NCBI GenBank assembly: GCA_965226885.1 | Contig: CBDDEL010000017.1 | Coordinates: forward strand, 576,001 to 640,000 | Length of the DNA: 64,000 nt | Reading direction: 5' to 3' | DNA from: Opitutales bacterium | GTDB taxonomy: Bacteria > Verrucomicrobiota > Verrucomicrobiia > Opitutales > UBA2987 | Shown: positions 42,574 through 53,342 of the stretch, in pieces | How positions within the stretch are numbered: the stretch's first letter is position 1 | Layout: every line of letters starts with the position of its first letter | Program-made: the position numbers and the translations under genes | The notes under the pieces: generated by a model | What the model saw: only the letters and a program-made list of their open reading frames with translations | Database searches by the model: none | Told to the model about the DNA's origin: nothing

Positions 42574-43976
42574 TCAGGGATCAATTAAGTTCAGCACATC
42601 GATGATGCTTAATCCGGTATGATAACCCGGATCGGCGTCGGGCGTAGCCGGAATCGTGGCGATAGATTGGCCTTTGGCATCGCGGGACTGGACGGCCATC
42701 AGAAAGCGGTCCGGGCGGACGTAATAACGAGTAAAATCGTTATGGCATATGGCACTTGGCAAAAATGTTCAAACAGCGGGCCCTGTCCCTCTCGTCCTCC
42801 GCAATCGCGCTGGCCAACAAGGCGGCTCTCATTGTTTCAGGAAGGTTCCACCAGGGCATATCCGAATTGTTCGCCTGCCGTGAAACCAAATCAAAGGATT
42901 TGCAGATGCCACCCGCCTGGGATTGATAACCGTTTTCAAAATTCCTTAAGAGCGTATTTATCAATATCGATTGGAATCTTTTGCATTCCTTTAACTGAAC
43001 GGCATCGAGCAAAGCTTTTTCGCTCGCCGTCCGCATGAACTTCAAAGCCAGACCGGCAAGTTCCAGAGCGTGGCCGGGATCGGACAAAATTTTTCCGTCC
43101 TCTAGATAAGGCAGCTTATCCGCTCCCACGGCCTCCCACATATCGCAATCCTTCAATTCGGGAAACCGATTGTTATGGTTTACATAAAATTCCAATTCAT
43201 GCACGATCAACCGGAGCCCCATCGCAACGCCCGCTGGGTCGCCATCTTCTACCAGCAAAGTTGCGGCGTTTATTTGCATCATAAAGTGGCCGTGGGGAAA
43301 ATGCCCGGCCCTCGGTTCCACCGGATTTTTCGGATCGAGCTGTTTCTGGTCGCGGACAATATTTCCGCTCCACAAGGCGGCGTCCACCTCTTTGATGTAG
43401 GCTCTGGCCTCTGCAACGGCTTTTTCATCGCCCAGGTAAACCGCGGCTTTAAACATCCCCTTTAAACATCCCTTTAGATAGAAATAAATCGGATGTGCCA
43501 TAGGGTTGGTGTTTCTCTATTGAGAAGGGGACGCGATTCGAGTCATCATCTAAGGCAAACGGTTCTCCTTCGGGCGACATGAAAAAACTGGAACGACCAT
43601 TGTTTTGCCGCCGGAATTTTCGCTGGGCCCACAGAACCTCAACCAGTAGAGCCTCCAGGCGCGATAGTAGAACCTCGTCCAGGCCCCTTTGCTTTATCCA
43701 GAAACAGTGACCGGCCAAGGCTTCCAACCCGCGACCCTGAATCCAGCCGTAGATCGTTTTCTTCCCTCGAACCGGATCGTTTTCGGGGAAATCCAGGCCC
43801 ATCAAAATATTGATCTTTGTGTCGATAAACGGATGGCGTGGATCCTTTTCATAACGATCGACTATAAGGCTCATGACCGAAAGAAGCATCGCCTCGTAAT
43901 CGGAGATGATATTGCGCAAATGCTCCCTTTTCAAATCTGGTGGGAGAAGAATACCCTTATAGGCATAACGATTCAT
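42574..43976 (-). pseudogene. AGE-family (N-acylglucosamine 2-epimerase-like) gene with two frameshifts
   Basis: DPGHALE, WWNLPE, DPGYHT motifs; frameshifts coincide with a 13-bp (43447-43472) and a 7-bp (42741-42754) tandem duplication. Confidence 0.85.
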
Positions 43977-44971
43977 TTTTCAAATTGAAACCGCATTTGA
44001 TCGTTATTGAAATACAGTTTGGCATGCCCGCCTACATCACTACTCGTCAGACCGATAAGCTCAAGCGGTTTTTCGAACCCGACTGCTATCAGTTGGTCGA
44101 GCGATAACAAGTTTAGATGAGACAGATAATTCATGCAGTGAAGCATGGTAGCCGAGGAACCGACCAGGCATTGTTTTTCGAAATTAAAAATGCGCCCGGA
44201 TTTCTCCAGCACTACATCATTGCCGAGGGTCTCGTATTTTCCTGGCGGCAGCCCGGCAATGGGAGAGGCATCGCTCACCACGATGATGCGTTCGGCCGTT
44301 TTAGCCTGTATAATTGACTTTAATATCGGTTCCGGCAAATGATTCCCGTCTGCTATAATCATAGCGGTGTAATGATCGTCGGCCAATGCGGCCCAGATAA
44401 AAGTTGCGTGTCGGGGAAGCAGGTTGGGCAAACCATTGCCCAAGTGGGTAACGGCATTGGCGCCAGCCTTGGCCAATCGGTCGAGGTCTTCCGGAGCGGC
44501 CAGGGAATGTCCAATGGAAACAGCGACTCCCGAAGCTTTGGCCAGCTTTGCCACTTCATCGGCTTCCGGAAGTTCAGCCGCCAAAGTTAAGAGTTTTATA
44601 CATCCATCTCCCCAATTCAGCATCTTCTCGAATAAATCGAGGCTCGGCGGGCGCGCAAATTCCGGCCGGTGTGCGCCGACAGCGCCGGGTTTGGATGAAA
44701 TGAAGGGTCCTTCAATATGGATGCCCAGAAGCTGTCCCTGAAATTCGCCACTTTTAATAACCCGGGCTATCAGGGGCAGGTTGCGCTCGTACATTTCCTC
44801 AGATCCCGTGATCACAGTCGGCAAAAAAGCAGCCGTGCCGCGTGAGAAAAGCGCTCGGGAGGCCTCCGCTAATTTTTCTTCCGTCAGGTTAAAGTCCGAA
44901 AAATTAATCCCCAGGAATCCATTGACCTGGAGATCGACAAAACCGGGAATGGGCAATGGCGAGTGATGCAT
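43973..44971 (-). CDS. nagA: N-acetylglucosamine-6-phosphate deacetylase
   Basis: PGFVDLQVNG, HIEGPFI, GHS, THLGNG, IADGNH. Confidence 0.88.
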   Translation of the reverse strand: MHHSPLPIPGFVDLQVNGFLGINFSDFNLTEEKLAEASRALFSRGTAAFLPTVITGSEEMYERNLPLIARVIKSGEFQGQLLGIHIEGPFISSKPGAVGAHRPEFARPPSLDLFEKMLNWGDGCIKLLTLAAELPEADEVAKLAKASGVAVSIGHSLAAPEDLDRLAKAGANAVTHLGNGLPNLLPRHATFIWAALADDHYTAMIIADGNHLPEPILKSIIQAKTAERIIVVSDASPIAGLPPGKYETLGNDVVLEKSGRIFNFEKQCLVGSSATMLHCMNYLSHLNLLSLDQLIAVGFEKPLELIGLTSSDVGGHAKLYFNNDQMRFQFEK

Positions 44972-44983
44972 AAAATTTTATAT

Positions 44984-45724
44984 TTATACTCTGTTCAACA
45001 GTGAGGCGGCGGGCTCATCCAGCAGAAAATGACAGTTAGAGTGATTGCGCAAAATGGAAGCGGGAACCTCTGGGCTAATAGCGCCATTGACCACGTTGCG
45101 AACTGCCTCGGCCTTTCTCTGGTCCGGAACTGAACAAATGATTGTTTTGCTTTTGAGAATCTGTTGGATGCTCATAGAAATCGCCTTTTGAGGCACTGCC
45201 TCAAGGGTGGGAAACCAACCCTCACCCAATTGCTGCCGTCGGCAGGCTTCATCAAGTTCCACCACCAAATAAGGAGTTTCCGTCTCGAAATCAGCCGGTG
45301 GATCGTTAAATGCCAAATGCCCGTTTTCGCCAATGCCCACGCAGGCCAAAGCGATATTGTGATCGGCTATAAGCCCGTTCAAGCGGCGGCATTCTGCCAA
45401 CGGATCAGGATTTTCGCCATCAATATAATGAAACTTCTGCAATTCGCCAACACGCTCCTCGAATCTCTCCTTGAGGTATTTGCGAAAACTGCCCGGATGC
45501 GAAATTGGCAGACCGATATACTCATCGAGGTGGAAAACCGTCACCCGCGGCCAATCAATATCCCGGGCCACCAGCGATTCCAGCAACTCTACCTGGCTTA
45601 TGCCTGTGGCAAGAATGATGGTTGCCTCTCCCTCTTTTTTTAAAGCTTCAATTATGGTCAACGCGGCGAGATCAGCCGCTTCTTTAACCATTGCTTCCTT
45701 AGAGCCGTAAACTTTGATTTTCAT
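44984..45724 (-). CDS. nagB: Glucosamine-6-phosphate deaminase/isomerase family
   Basis: [32 protein letters not shown]. Confidence 0.88.
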   Translation of the reverse strand: MKIKVYGSKEAMVKEAADLAALTIIEALKKEGEATIILATGISQVELLESLVARDIDWPRVTVFHLDEYIGLPISHPGSFRKYLKERFEERVGELQKFHYIDGENPDPLAECRRLNGLIADHNIALACVGIGENGHLAFNDPPADFETETPYLVVELDEACRRQQLGEGWFPTLEAVPQKAISMSIQQILKSKTIICSVPDQRKAEAVRNVVNGAISPEVPASILRNHSNCHFLLDEPAASLLNRV

Positions 45725-45828
45725 TTCAATAATTTCTCAATGGGTAGAGTTTGGCCCTACCGGCAAATTGTATATTCAACCACGGATGATGTAGATAAAC
45801 ACAGATAACTTGTTAATGAGCGCTCTAA

Positions 45829-46652
45829 CCCGGATATTTCGTAAAAAAAGTATCGTTGATATGCTTAACTGCTGATATACAGCAGGATAGATCAATAATT
45901 AAAGCAATATCAGCGATGACAAAGGGTAAACAATTAAAGCTACAGTTGACAAGGGTAAAAGGCCGCCGTGTGCGGGTTGATTTCAAGGGCGGAGAGGTTA
46001 CTTCGGATGCCGGACTGCTTTTGATCCGGGAAGTGGATCGGCAGTTGGGCTTGACCGAACGAGCGGCCCGACAGTTAGTGGACAAACGGCAGAAGGGCAA
46101 AGTACGCCATGAGGTATTGGGGATGCTGCGGCAGCGCGTTTACGGGCTGGTGGCGGGCTATGAGGATTTGAACGACTTTGATACCCTGCGCCACGATCCA
46201 TTGTTGCAAACGGTAACGGGGCGCATTGAAACGTTGGCCAGCGCGCCGACTTTGTGTCGTTTTGAAAACGGGCAGGATCGGCGGGCGGCCTTTGCGGTAA
46301 ACGAGCTGTTGGTCGAACAGTTCATGGGCTCCTTTGCCGAGGAACCCGAAGAGATCATCCTGGACTTTGACGCCACCGACAATCCGGTGCACGGGCTCCA
46401 GGAGGGACGTTTTTTCCACGGTTATTATGATCATTACTGTTTTCTGCCGCTATATGTTTTTTGCGGTGATCAGCTGCTGGTGGCCTACCTGCGGCCGAGC
46501 AAGATCGATGCCAGCAAGCATGCCGGGGCCATCCTCAAATTGCTGGTTAAACGGATTCGCCAAAGCTGGCCCCGTACGCGGATTATTTGGCGCGCCGACA
46601 GTGGATTTTGTCGAGACCGGATACTCTCTTGGTGCGACCGCAACGAAGTTAG
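45829..46652 (+). mobile_element. IS1380-family element, copy 3 (5' half only)
   Basis: Left end after CTAA; cut at internal TTAG by copy 4. Confidence 0.92.
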
Positions 46653-48230
46653 CCCGGATATTTCATGAAGGGTAAAGTTTGGCTCGTGTTTGGCTCGTTA
46701 TTGCTATTGGAGATGGATTTCTTTGTATTTTGAGCAGATCGTCTTGATTTTTAGGTGTTTTTCAGGGTGTAGAGACACTGCCCCCTTTCCCCCATTGGTT
46801 CGGTAGTGCCGGGGGCAGCACCAATGCACCCTTTAGGTTGGCACCAATCGGCGGGCCGCATGGTTGAAAAGACTGGCCCAAGGATAACTCTCACTTAGGT
46901 GAAAGTGAATCGTTCGGGTGTTGCGCACGATGACCGCTCCGATCTTGATTAATTTGAGCCGCAGGGTGTGGCATTGGGCCCGCGCCCACTTCGTCCCTTT
47001 TAAGGCTAACCGGCGCATGGCTTCCATCAAGGTGTAGGCCAGCGCCGACAAGAGCAATCGCCACTGATTGGCCCACCATTGATGGGCGCTGGTGCGCTCG
47101 CTGAACAATTGCATCTGTTCCTTGATTCGGTTCTCCATTTCACCGCGGCCACAGTATACCTTGTCGTAAAGCTCCTGGGGATCGCCCGGCAGGTTCGTCA
47201 CCACGAAGCGCGGGTTGGACCCCTGTGCGGTGTGTTCGGCTTTATGGATGACCAACCGCAGCCATCGCCACGAATCGGCAGCATAGACGAAGTCCTGGAA
47301 TAACCGTTGTTTTTTACCCCTTAGTTCGAACCATTCTTTGGCCTGCTTTTGCAACTGCTGGGCGTCTTGCTGCAAGCGTGCATTGCGAGCCATCCCCACG
47401 ATGTAACTAACTTCGTTGCGGTCGCACCAAGAGAGTATCCGGTCTCGACAAAATCCACTGTCGGCGCGCCAAATAATCCGCGTACGGGGCCAGCTTTGGC
47501 GAATCCGTTTAACCAGCAATTTGAGGATGGCCCCGGCATGCTTGCTGGCATCGATCTTGCTCGGCCGCAGGTAGGCCACCAGCAGCTGATCACCGCAAAA
47601 AACATATAGCGGCAGAAAACAGTAATGATCATAATAACCGTGGAAAAAACGTCCCTCCTGGAGCCCGTGCACCGGATTGTCGGTGGCGTCAAAGTCCAGG
47701 ATGATCTCTTCGGGTTCCTCGGCAAAAGAGCCCATGAACTGTTCGACCAACAGCTCGTTTACCGCAAAGGCCGCCCGCCGATCCTGCCCGTTTTCAAAAC
47801 GACACAAAGTCGGCGCGCTGGCCAACGTTTCAATGCGCCCCGTTACCGTTTGCAACAATGGATCGTGGCGCAGGGTATCAAAGTCGTTCAAATCCTCATA
47901 GCCCGCCACCAGCCCGTAAACGCGCTGCCGCAGCATCCCCAATACCTCATGGCGTACTTTGCCCTTCTGCCGTTTGTCCACTAACTGTCGGGCCGCTCGT
48001 TCGGTCAAGCCCAACTGCCGATCCACTTCCCGGATCAAAAGCAGTCCGGCATCCGAAGTAACCTCTCCGCCCTTGAAATCAACCCGCACACGGCGGCCTT
48101 TTACCCTTGTCAACTGTAGCTTTAATTGTTTACCTTTTGTCATCGCTGATATTGCTTTAATTATTGATCTATCCTGCTGTATATCAGCAGTTAAGCATAT
48201 CAACGATACTTTTTTTACGAAATATCCGGG
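46653..48230 (-). mobile_element. IS1380-family element, copy 4 (1578 bp, intact transposase)
   Basis: Both ends present; flanks TTAG and TTAA do not match. Confidence 0.95.
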
Positions 48231-48263
48231 TTAATGTCCTCATCATGAAAATGGGTTTATGTT

Positions 48264-49298
48264 ATGAAAATTCGCGATGTATTGACGAATCCGCAATTGC
48301 CCATTGTTTTGATAATCTTTCTTAATTTGGCAAACATTTTGAACAGCCAGGCTATTATACAGGAACAATTGCGGGGGGACCTCGTGTCCGCTGAGAATCT
48401 GGATTTTTTCCGCGCCATCGGGGTGGATTCGCTGTCCGTCTATCCGCCCCCGCCCATGGACAACTTCGATGAAATGGTCGTTTACTGTGAGGATATGAAA
48501 AAAAAGACCGAAGCCCACGGCCTGAAGTTGCAAACGTTGGCCAAAAGGTGTCCCCACGCCATTTCCCTCGGTTTACCCGAGAGAGATAAAAAAATCGAAC
48601 AGTGGTGCAACCTTATTAAAGCCATGGGGATGGTTGGGATTCCGATTTTCAGTTATAACTTCAAACCGATTACCATCATTCGCACAACTCCCCAAAAGGG
48701 TCGCGGAGGCGCGCTCTACAGCAGTTTTTCCTATAATGAATACGCACGGGATCCATCGGAAAAAGACCAGCCGTTGAAAATCCCGGAGGAACAATTGTGG
48801 GAAAATTTGCAATATTTGCTGCGCCATATTGTTCCGGCGGCGGAACAAGCCGGTGTACGTTTGGCCCTACATCCCGACGATCCGCCGATAGCGGAACCTT
48901 TTGGCGGCTACCCGCGCATTGTTTCTTCGATTGAGAACTACGAAAAGATTTTTCAACTGGCGCCCAGTCCCGCCCACGGCATGCTTTTCTGTCAGGGTTG
49001 TGTAACCGAAATGGGTGGCGATGTTTACGAAACCATACGCCGGATGGGACGGCAAAATAAAATTGTCTGCGTTCATTTTCGCAATGTCCGTGGAACCCCC
49101 CATGATTTCCAGGAAGTATTTGTGGATGAAGGAAATGTGGATATGTTTGAAGCCATGCGCGCCTATCGTGATATTGGTTTTAAAGGGCCCTTTATGATGG
49201 ATCACACGCCGCAAATTCCCAATGACAGGCTGGACAGGGAAGGTCGGGCCTTTGCGGTCGGTTTCATGTGGGCCTTGATTCAAGCCGTTTACCGCTGA
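48264..49298 (+). CDS. uxuA: Mannonate dehydratase (UxuA) family protein
   Basis: YNF, LALHPDDPP, FCQG, VHFRNV, MMDHTP, AFAVGF. Confidence 0.8.
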   Translation: MKIRDVLTNPQLPIVLIIFLNLANILNSQAIIQEQLRGDLVSAENLDFFRAIGVDSLSVYPPPPMDNFDEMVVYCEDMKKKTEAHGLKLQTLAKRCPHAISLGLPERDKKIEQWCNLIKAMGMVGIPIFSYNFKPITIIRTTPQKGRGGALYSSFSYNEYARDPSEKDQPLKIPEEQLWENLQYLLRHIVPAAEQAGVRLALHPDDPPIAEPFGGYPRIVSSIENYEKIFQLAPSPAHGMLFCQGCVTEMGGDVYETIRRMGRQNKIVCVHFRNVRGTPHDFQEVFVDEGNVDMFEAMRAYRDIGFKGPFMMDHTPQIPNDRLDREGRAFAVGFMWALIQAVYR

Positions 49299-49384
49299 TG
49301 GCATGTGCTTCTGGGCATGAAATGGAAAAAGAGGGTAACGATCATCAGAATCGGGAATAGCGTCCAAGGTGGAAAAATAGATCG

Positions 49385-50569
49385 ATGAAAACTGTGTCTC
49401 TTTTTACTTATCCCTGGGATTTGCACGATGAAGGCGTGGATCGGGCTCTGGACTTTATTACCGAAAAAGCAGGCTTCAACAGCATATGTCTCGCTTTGAG
49501 CTATCATATCGCGACTTACTTTCTACCACATAATCCACGGCGAAAAATTTACTATGGCGATCATGGGGCGCTTTATTTTCAGCCTCAAACGGAGCTTTTT
49601 GCCAATACCGCTCTCAACCCGCAAGTCAGCCCAGTGGTTGGAGGAGATGATTACATGGAAAAGATCCGACAGGGGACTTCGGAACGCCAGATCGAGTTTT
49701 GTGCCTGGATCGTTTATTTCTTTAACCATCACCTGGCGCGAACGTTTCCGGGGTGTGCCAAAGTGGATGTTTTTGGCAATCCTTACCTTTCCCTCCTGTG
49801 CCCCGCCAATCCCGATGTGCGAGCCTATGCAGTGGCTTTGACCCATGACATTGTGTCTAACTTCCGGCCCCAGGCCGTTAATCTGGAATCCTTGAGTTAT
49901 AAACATTTCGATTACGGTTTTCTCAATTCCAAAATTCTGGTCGAGATGACGCCTTTGCAGAAATTTTTAATGGGTTTGTGTTTTTGCCCCCATTGTTTGC
50001 AAGCGGCCAATGAGACGGGAATGGATGGCGCTCAATTCAAGCGATGGATTGCCGATTACCTGGAGGAAAGCTTGCCGCGCGATCCGCGTCCGGATGAGAG
50101 GGGACCCCTTTCGGATGAATTGCTGGATGGATTCTTGGGCGGCGAATTGAGAAAATATCTTGAGGCCAGGTCAAAGATTACCTTAACCCTTTTTAAGGAG
50201 ATTGTGACCGTTATTCGCTCCTATGGGGACATTAAAATACAGATGGGGATGACACAATTCTGCTCCTCTAATGAAACGGGGCTGCCCGCAGGCGAGATTT
50301 ATTCCACCCTTGATCGCACTTTCGATTCTCCGCCTTTTGAGGTGAGTCAATGGGACCGTTTTATCCGGGATAAAAAAGACATTCTGCCGCAGGGTATGGA
50401 ATTTTTCCCCCAGATCCAGCCGGATCACCTCAAAAGTGAATCCGAAACGGCTGCCATGATTAAGGTTTGCCAATCCAGTGAATATTGCGATGGGTTGGCC
50501 TTTTATAATTACGGATTGGCTCGAAAGCAGCATTTGGAATGGATAGGTTCCGGCTTGGCTTTAATCTGA
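49385..50569 (+). CDS. Hypothetical protein, probable glycoside-hydrolase-like TIM barrel
   Basis: YPWDL, ALSYH, LCPANPDVRAY, CFCPHC Cys cluster, FYNYG. Confidence 0.6.
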   Translation: MKTVSLFTYPWDLHDEGVDRALDFITEKAGFNSICLALSYHIATYFLPHNPRRKIYYGDHGALYFQPQTELFANTALNPQVSPVVGGDDYMEKIRQGTSERQIEFCAWIVYFFNHHLARTFPGCAKVDVFGNPYLSLLCPANPDVRAYAVALTHDIVSNFRPQAVNLESLSYKHFDYGFLNSKILVEMTPLQKFLMGLCFCPHCLQAANETGMDGAQFKRWIADYLEESLPRDPRPDERGPLSDELLDGFLGGELRKYLEARSKITLTLFKEIVTVIRSYGDIKIQMGMTQFCSSNETGLPAGEIYSTLDRTFDSPPFEVSQWDRFIRDKKDILPQGMEFFPQIQPDHLKSESETAAMIKVCQSSEYCDGLAFYNYGLARKQHLEWIGSGLALI

Positions 50570-50623
50570 ATTTTTAAATCTCTCTTTTTATCATAGCTGA
50601 ACTAAGTAAAGTCTCTTGTTAAC

Positions 50624-52096
50624 ATGAAAATTTACGATCGATTTTTTATCGGTGGCGAATGGGTTGAGCCGTCCAGCGGCAACCGTTTTGAAACCCCCAA
50701 TCCGGCTACGGGCCAGCCTTGGGCATCGGTCGCGGAGGGGAGGGCTGAGGACATCGATCGCGCTGTCAAGGCTGCCCGAAATGCTTTTGAAAATGGGCCC
50801 TGGTCTTCCATGGCGGCTTCGCAACGAAGTGAAATTCTGCGGCGCTTGGGTGATTTGGTGCTCAAACACTCCGACCGGCTGGCAAAACTGGAAACGACCG
50901 ATAATGGAAAAGCAATTCGTGAAACCGGCGGGGTCGAAATGCCCGCCATCGCCAAATGGTATTATTATTTTGCCGGTCTGGCGGAAACCATCGAGGGAAC
51001 AACGATTCCCGTAAATAACGATTTGCACGTCCACACGGTGAGGGAGCCGGTGGGGGTTTGCGGCTGCATCCTACCCTGGAATTCACCTCTTCTGATGGCT
51101 GCTTTTAAACTGGCCCTGGCGGCGGGAAACACGGTTGTCATCAAACCTTCTGAAAATACACCCGTTTCGATTCTCGAATTTGCCGACCTCATCCAGGAAG
51201 CGGGAATCCCGCCGGGCGTGGTGAATATTGTGCCCGGATTCGGATCCGAGGCCGGCAAAGCCCTGGCCCAACACCCGCTGGTCGATAAAATCGCTTTTAC
51301 GGGAGGAACCGATACGGGAAAACAGATCGCCCATTACGCCGCTGATGGAGCCAAGAGGGTTTCTCTCGAACTGGGAGGAAAATCGCCCAACATCATATTC
51401 GACGACTACGATGTGGAGGAAGCGGTGGCGGGCGCCATGTCCGGTATATTTGTGGCTGCTGGGCAGACTTGCGTGGCCGGTTCGCGTTTGTTCGTCCATG
51501 AAAAAATTTACGATGAATTTCTGGATTTACTAGTCGCGCGGGCTCGCAATATCCGGGTTGGCAACCCAATGGACCCGGCGACCCAGATGGGGGCCCAAAC
51601 GTGTCAAACCCAACTGGATAAAATCAAGGAGTTGGTGCAAAGCGGCATCGATCAGGGGGCCAGCCTGATGACCGGTGGAAAACCGCCCGAAAATGCGGAG
51701 CTTGCTTCTGGTTACTTTTTTCTCCCCACCGTTTTTTCGGAGATGAAGATGGATATGCGTATTGCCAGGGAAGAAATTTTTGGCCCCGTTGTGTCTGTCT
51801 TTCGGTTTTCGGAAGAGGAAGAGGTTATTGAAAAGGCAAACGACGTTAAATATGGTTTGGCGGCCGGATTGTGGACTCGTGATATCAAACGGGCTTTGCG
51901 CATATCGCGCCGTTTGAAGGCGGGTTCGGTTTGGATAAACTGCTATCGAAAAATCAACTGGGCGGTTCCTTTTGGCGGATTCAAAATGAGCGGATACGGA
52001 AGGGAAAACGGCCAGGAAGTACTCGATTTATTCACGCAGACAAAAGCGGTCTGGATTGATATTTCGGAAGATTATGTTGACCCTTACACCACGTAA
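50624..52096 (+). CDS. NAD-dependent aldehyde dehydrogenase
   Basis: PWNSP, KPSE, FTGG, LELGGKSP, GQTCVAG, EEIFGPV, PFGGFKMSG. Confidence 0.95.
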   Translation: MKIYDRFFIGGEWVEPSSGNRFETPNPATGQPWASVAEGRAEDIDRAVKAARNAFENGPWSSMAASQRSEILRRLGDLVLKHSDRLAKLETTDNGKAIRETGGVEMPAIAKWYYYFAGLAETIEGTTIPVNNDLHVHTVREPVGVCGCILPWNSPLLMAAFKLALAAGNTVVIKPSENTPVSILEFADLIQEAGIPPGVVNIVPGFGSEAGKALAQHPLVDKIAFTGGTDTGKQIAHYAADGAKRVSLELGGKSPNIIFDDYDVEEAVAGAMSGIFVAAGQTCVAGSRLFVHEKIYDEFLDLLVARARNIRVGNPMDPATQMGAQTCQTQLDKIKELVQSGIDQGASLMTGGKPPENAELASGYFFLPTVFSEMKMDMRIAREEIFGPVVSVFRFSEEEEVIEKANDVKYGLAAGLWTRDIKRALRISRRLKAGSVWINCYRKINWAVPFGGFKMSGYGRENGQEVLDLFTQTKAVWIDISEDYVDPYTT

Positions 52097-52120
52097 TTTC
52101 AAGTAACCTGAAACAAAGAT

Positions 52121-53323
52121 ATGATCAATCTGCAAGAAACCTTATCCGATTTAATCTCGATTCCGAGCGTGAACCCCATGGGGCAATCCGTCTCCGGGTC
52201 CATGTATTACGAAACTGAGATGACGAATTACCTGGAGGACTTTTTTAAACGTCATGGATTGCCCTCGGAGCGTCAATCGGTAGAACCTCAACGCGATAAC
52301 ATTTTTGCCCGTATTGACGGTTCGGTTTCCCCTTCGGAGGGAGGACAGGTGATACTTTTCGACGCCCACCAGGATACCGTGCAGGTCGATGGAATGACGA
52401 TTCCGCCCTGGACGCCGACGATTCGGGATGGGCGCATTTATGGCCGCGGCTCATGCGACATTAAAGGCGGAATGGCCGCTATGCTGGGGGCCTTTGTTCG
52501 TCTTGCGGAGGAGCGTCCACCCCATATGCCGACGATTATCATGGCTTGTTCCATGAACGAAGAATTCGGCGCTTCCGGCGCGGGAATGTTTGAAAAATTC
52601 TGGAATTCAGGTTCTCAATCCATTTTTCCCCGTAAACCCGACGTCGCCATAATCGCGGAGCCGACCAGTCTCGACGTTGTGGTGGCTCACAAAGGCACCG
52701 TTCGGTGGTGGTGCCGGACTCCTGGAGTGGCCGCTCACAGTTCGCAACCCGATTCGGGAATAAGCGCTATTTTCAGGATGAGGCATGTCCTCAGTGCTTT
52801 GGAAAACTATGCTAATGAGGTTTGCCCGAACCTGCCCGGTCATCCTCTTTGCGGTCAGCCAACCCTTAGTGTCGGGATAATCAAGGGAGGCCGCGGAATC
52901 AACACCGTGGCCGACGAATGCTCCGTCGCCATCGACCGGCGAGTTCTTCCCGGCGAAGACTTGAACGCGGTTTATCAACAGGTCATCAATCACATAAAGA
53001 ACTTCCCTGGAATCGATTTCGAGGTAGCGCACGAGCCTCCTTTCTCCAAAATGCCGCCCCTGTCGGACGAATCAAACGGGGCGCTGGCAGAAAGTCTCAA
53101 TGGCTGTGCGAGAAAAATTAAGCCGAACAGCGATATTGTTGGGACTCCCTATGGAACCAACGCTGGAGCGATTATTAAATCTAATGTTCCCTGCGTGGTC
53201 TTCGGACCTGGATCCATCGATCAGGCCCACACCAAAGATGAATGGCTTTCTCTGGACGAACTCCACCAGGCCAGCGAGGTAATTTACGAATTCGGATGCA
53301 ACGGCCTGACGGTAAAAGAATGA
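52121..53323 (+). CDS. M20 family ArgE/DapE-like deacylase
   Basis: DAHQDTV, GRGSCDIKGG, EE, AEPT, GPGSIDQAH. Confidence 0.9.
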   Translation: MINLQETLSDLISIPSVNPMGQSVSGSMYYETEMTNYLEDFFKRHGLPSERQSVEPQRDNIFARIDGSVSPSEGGQVILFDAHQDTVQVDGMTIPPWTPTIRDGRIYGRGSCDIKGGMAAMLGAFVRLAEERPPHMPTIIMACSMNEEFGASGAGMFEKFWNSGSQSIFPRKPDVAIIAEPTSLDVVVAHKGTVRWWCRTPGVAAHSSQPDSGISAIFRMRHVLSALENYANEVCPNLPGHPLCGQPTLSVGIIKGGRGINTVADECSVAIDRRVLPGEDLNAVYQQVINHIKNFPGIDFEVAHEPPFSKMPPLSDESNGALAESLNGCARKIKPNSDIVGTPYGTNAGAIIKSNVPCVVFGPGSIDQAHTKDEWLSLDELHQASEVIYEFGCNGLTVKE

Positions 53324-53342
53324 GATTGCAATAAAGTCCCGT

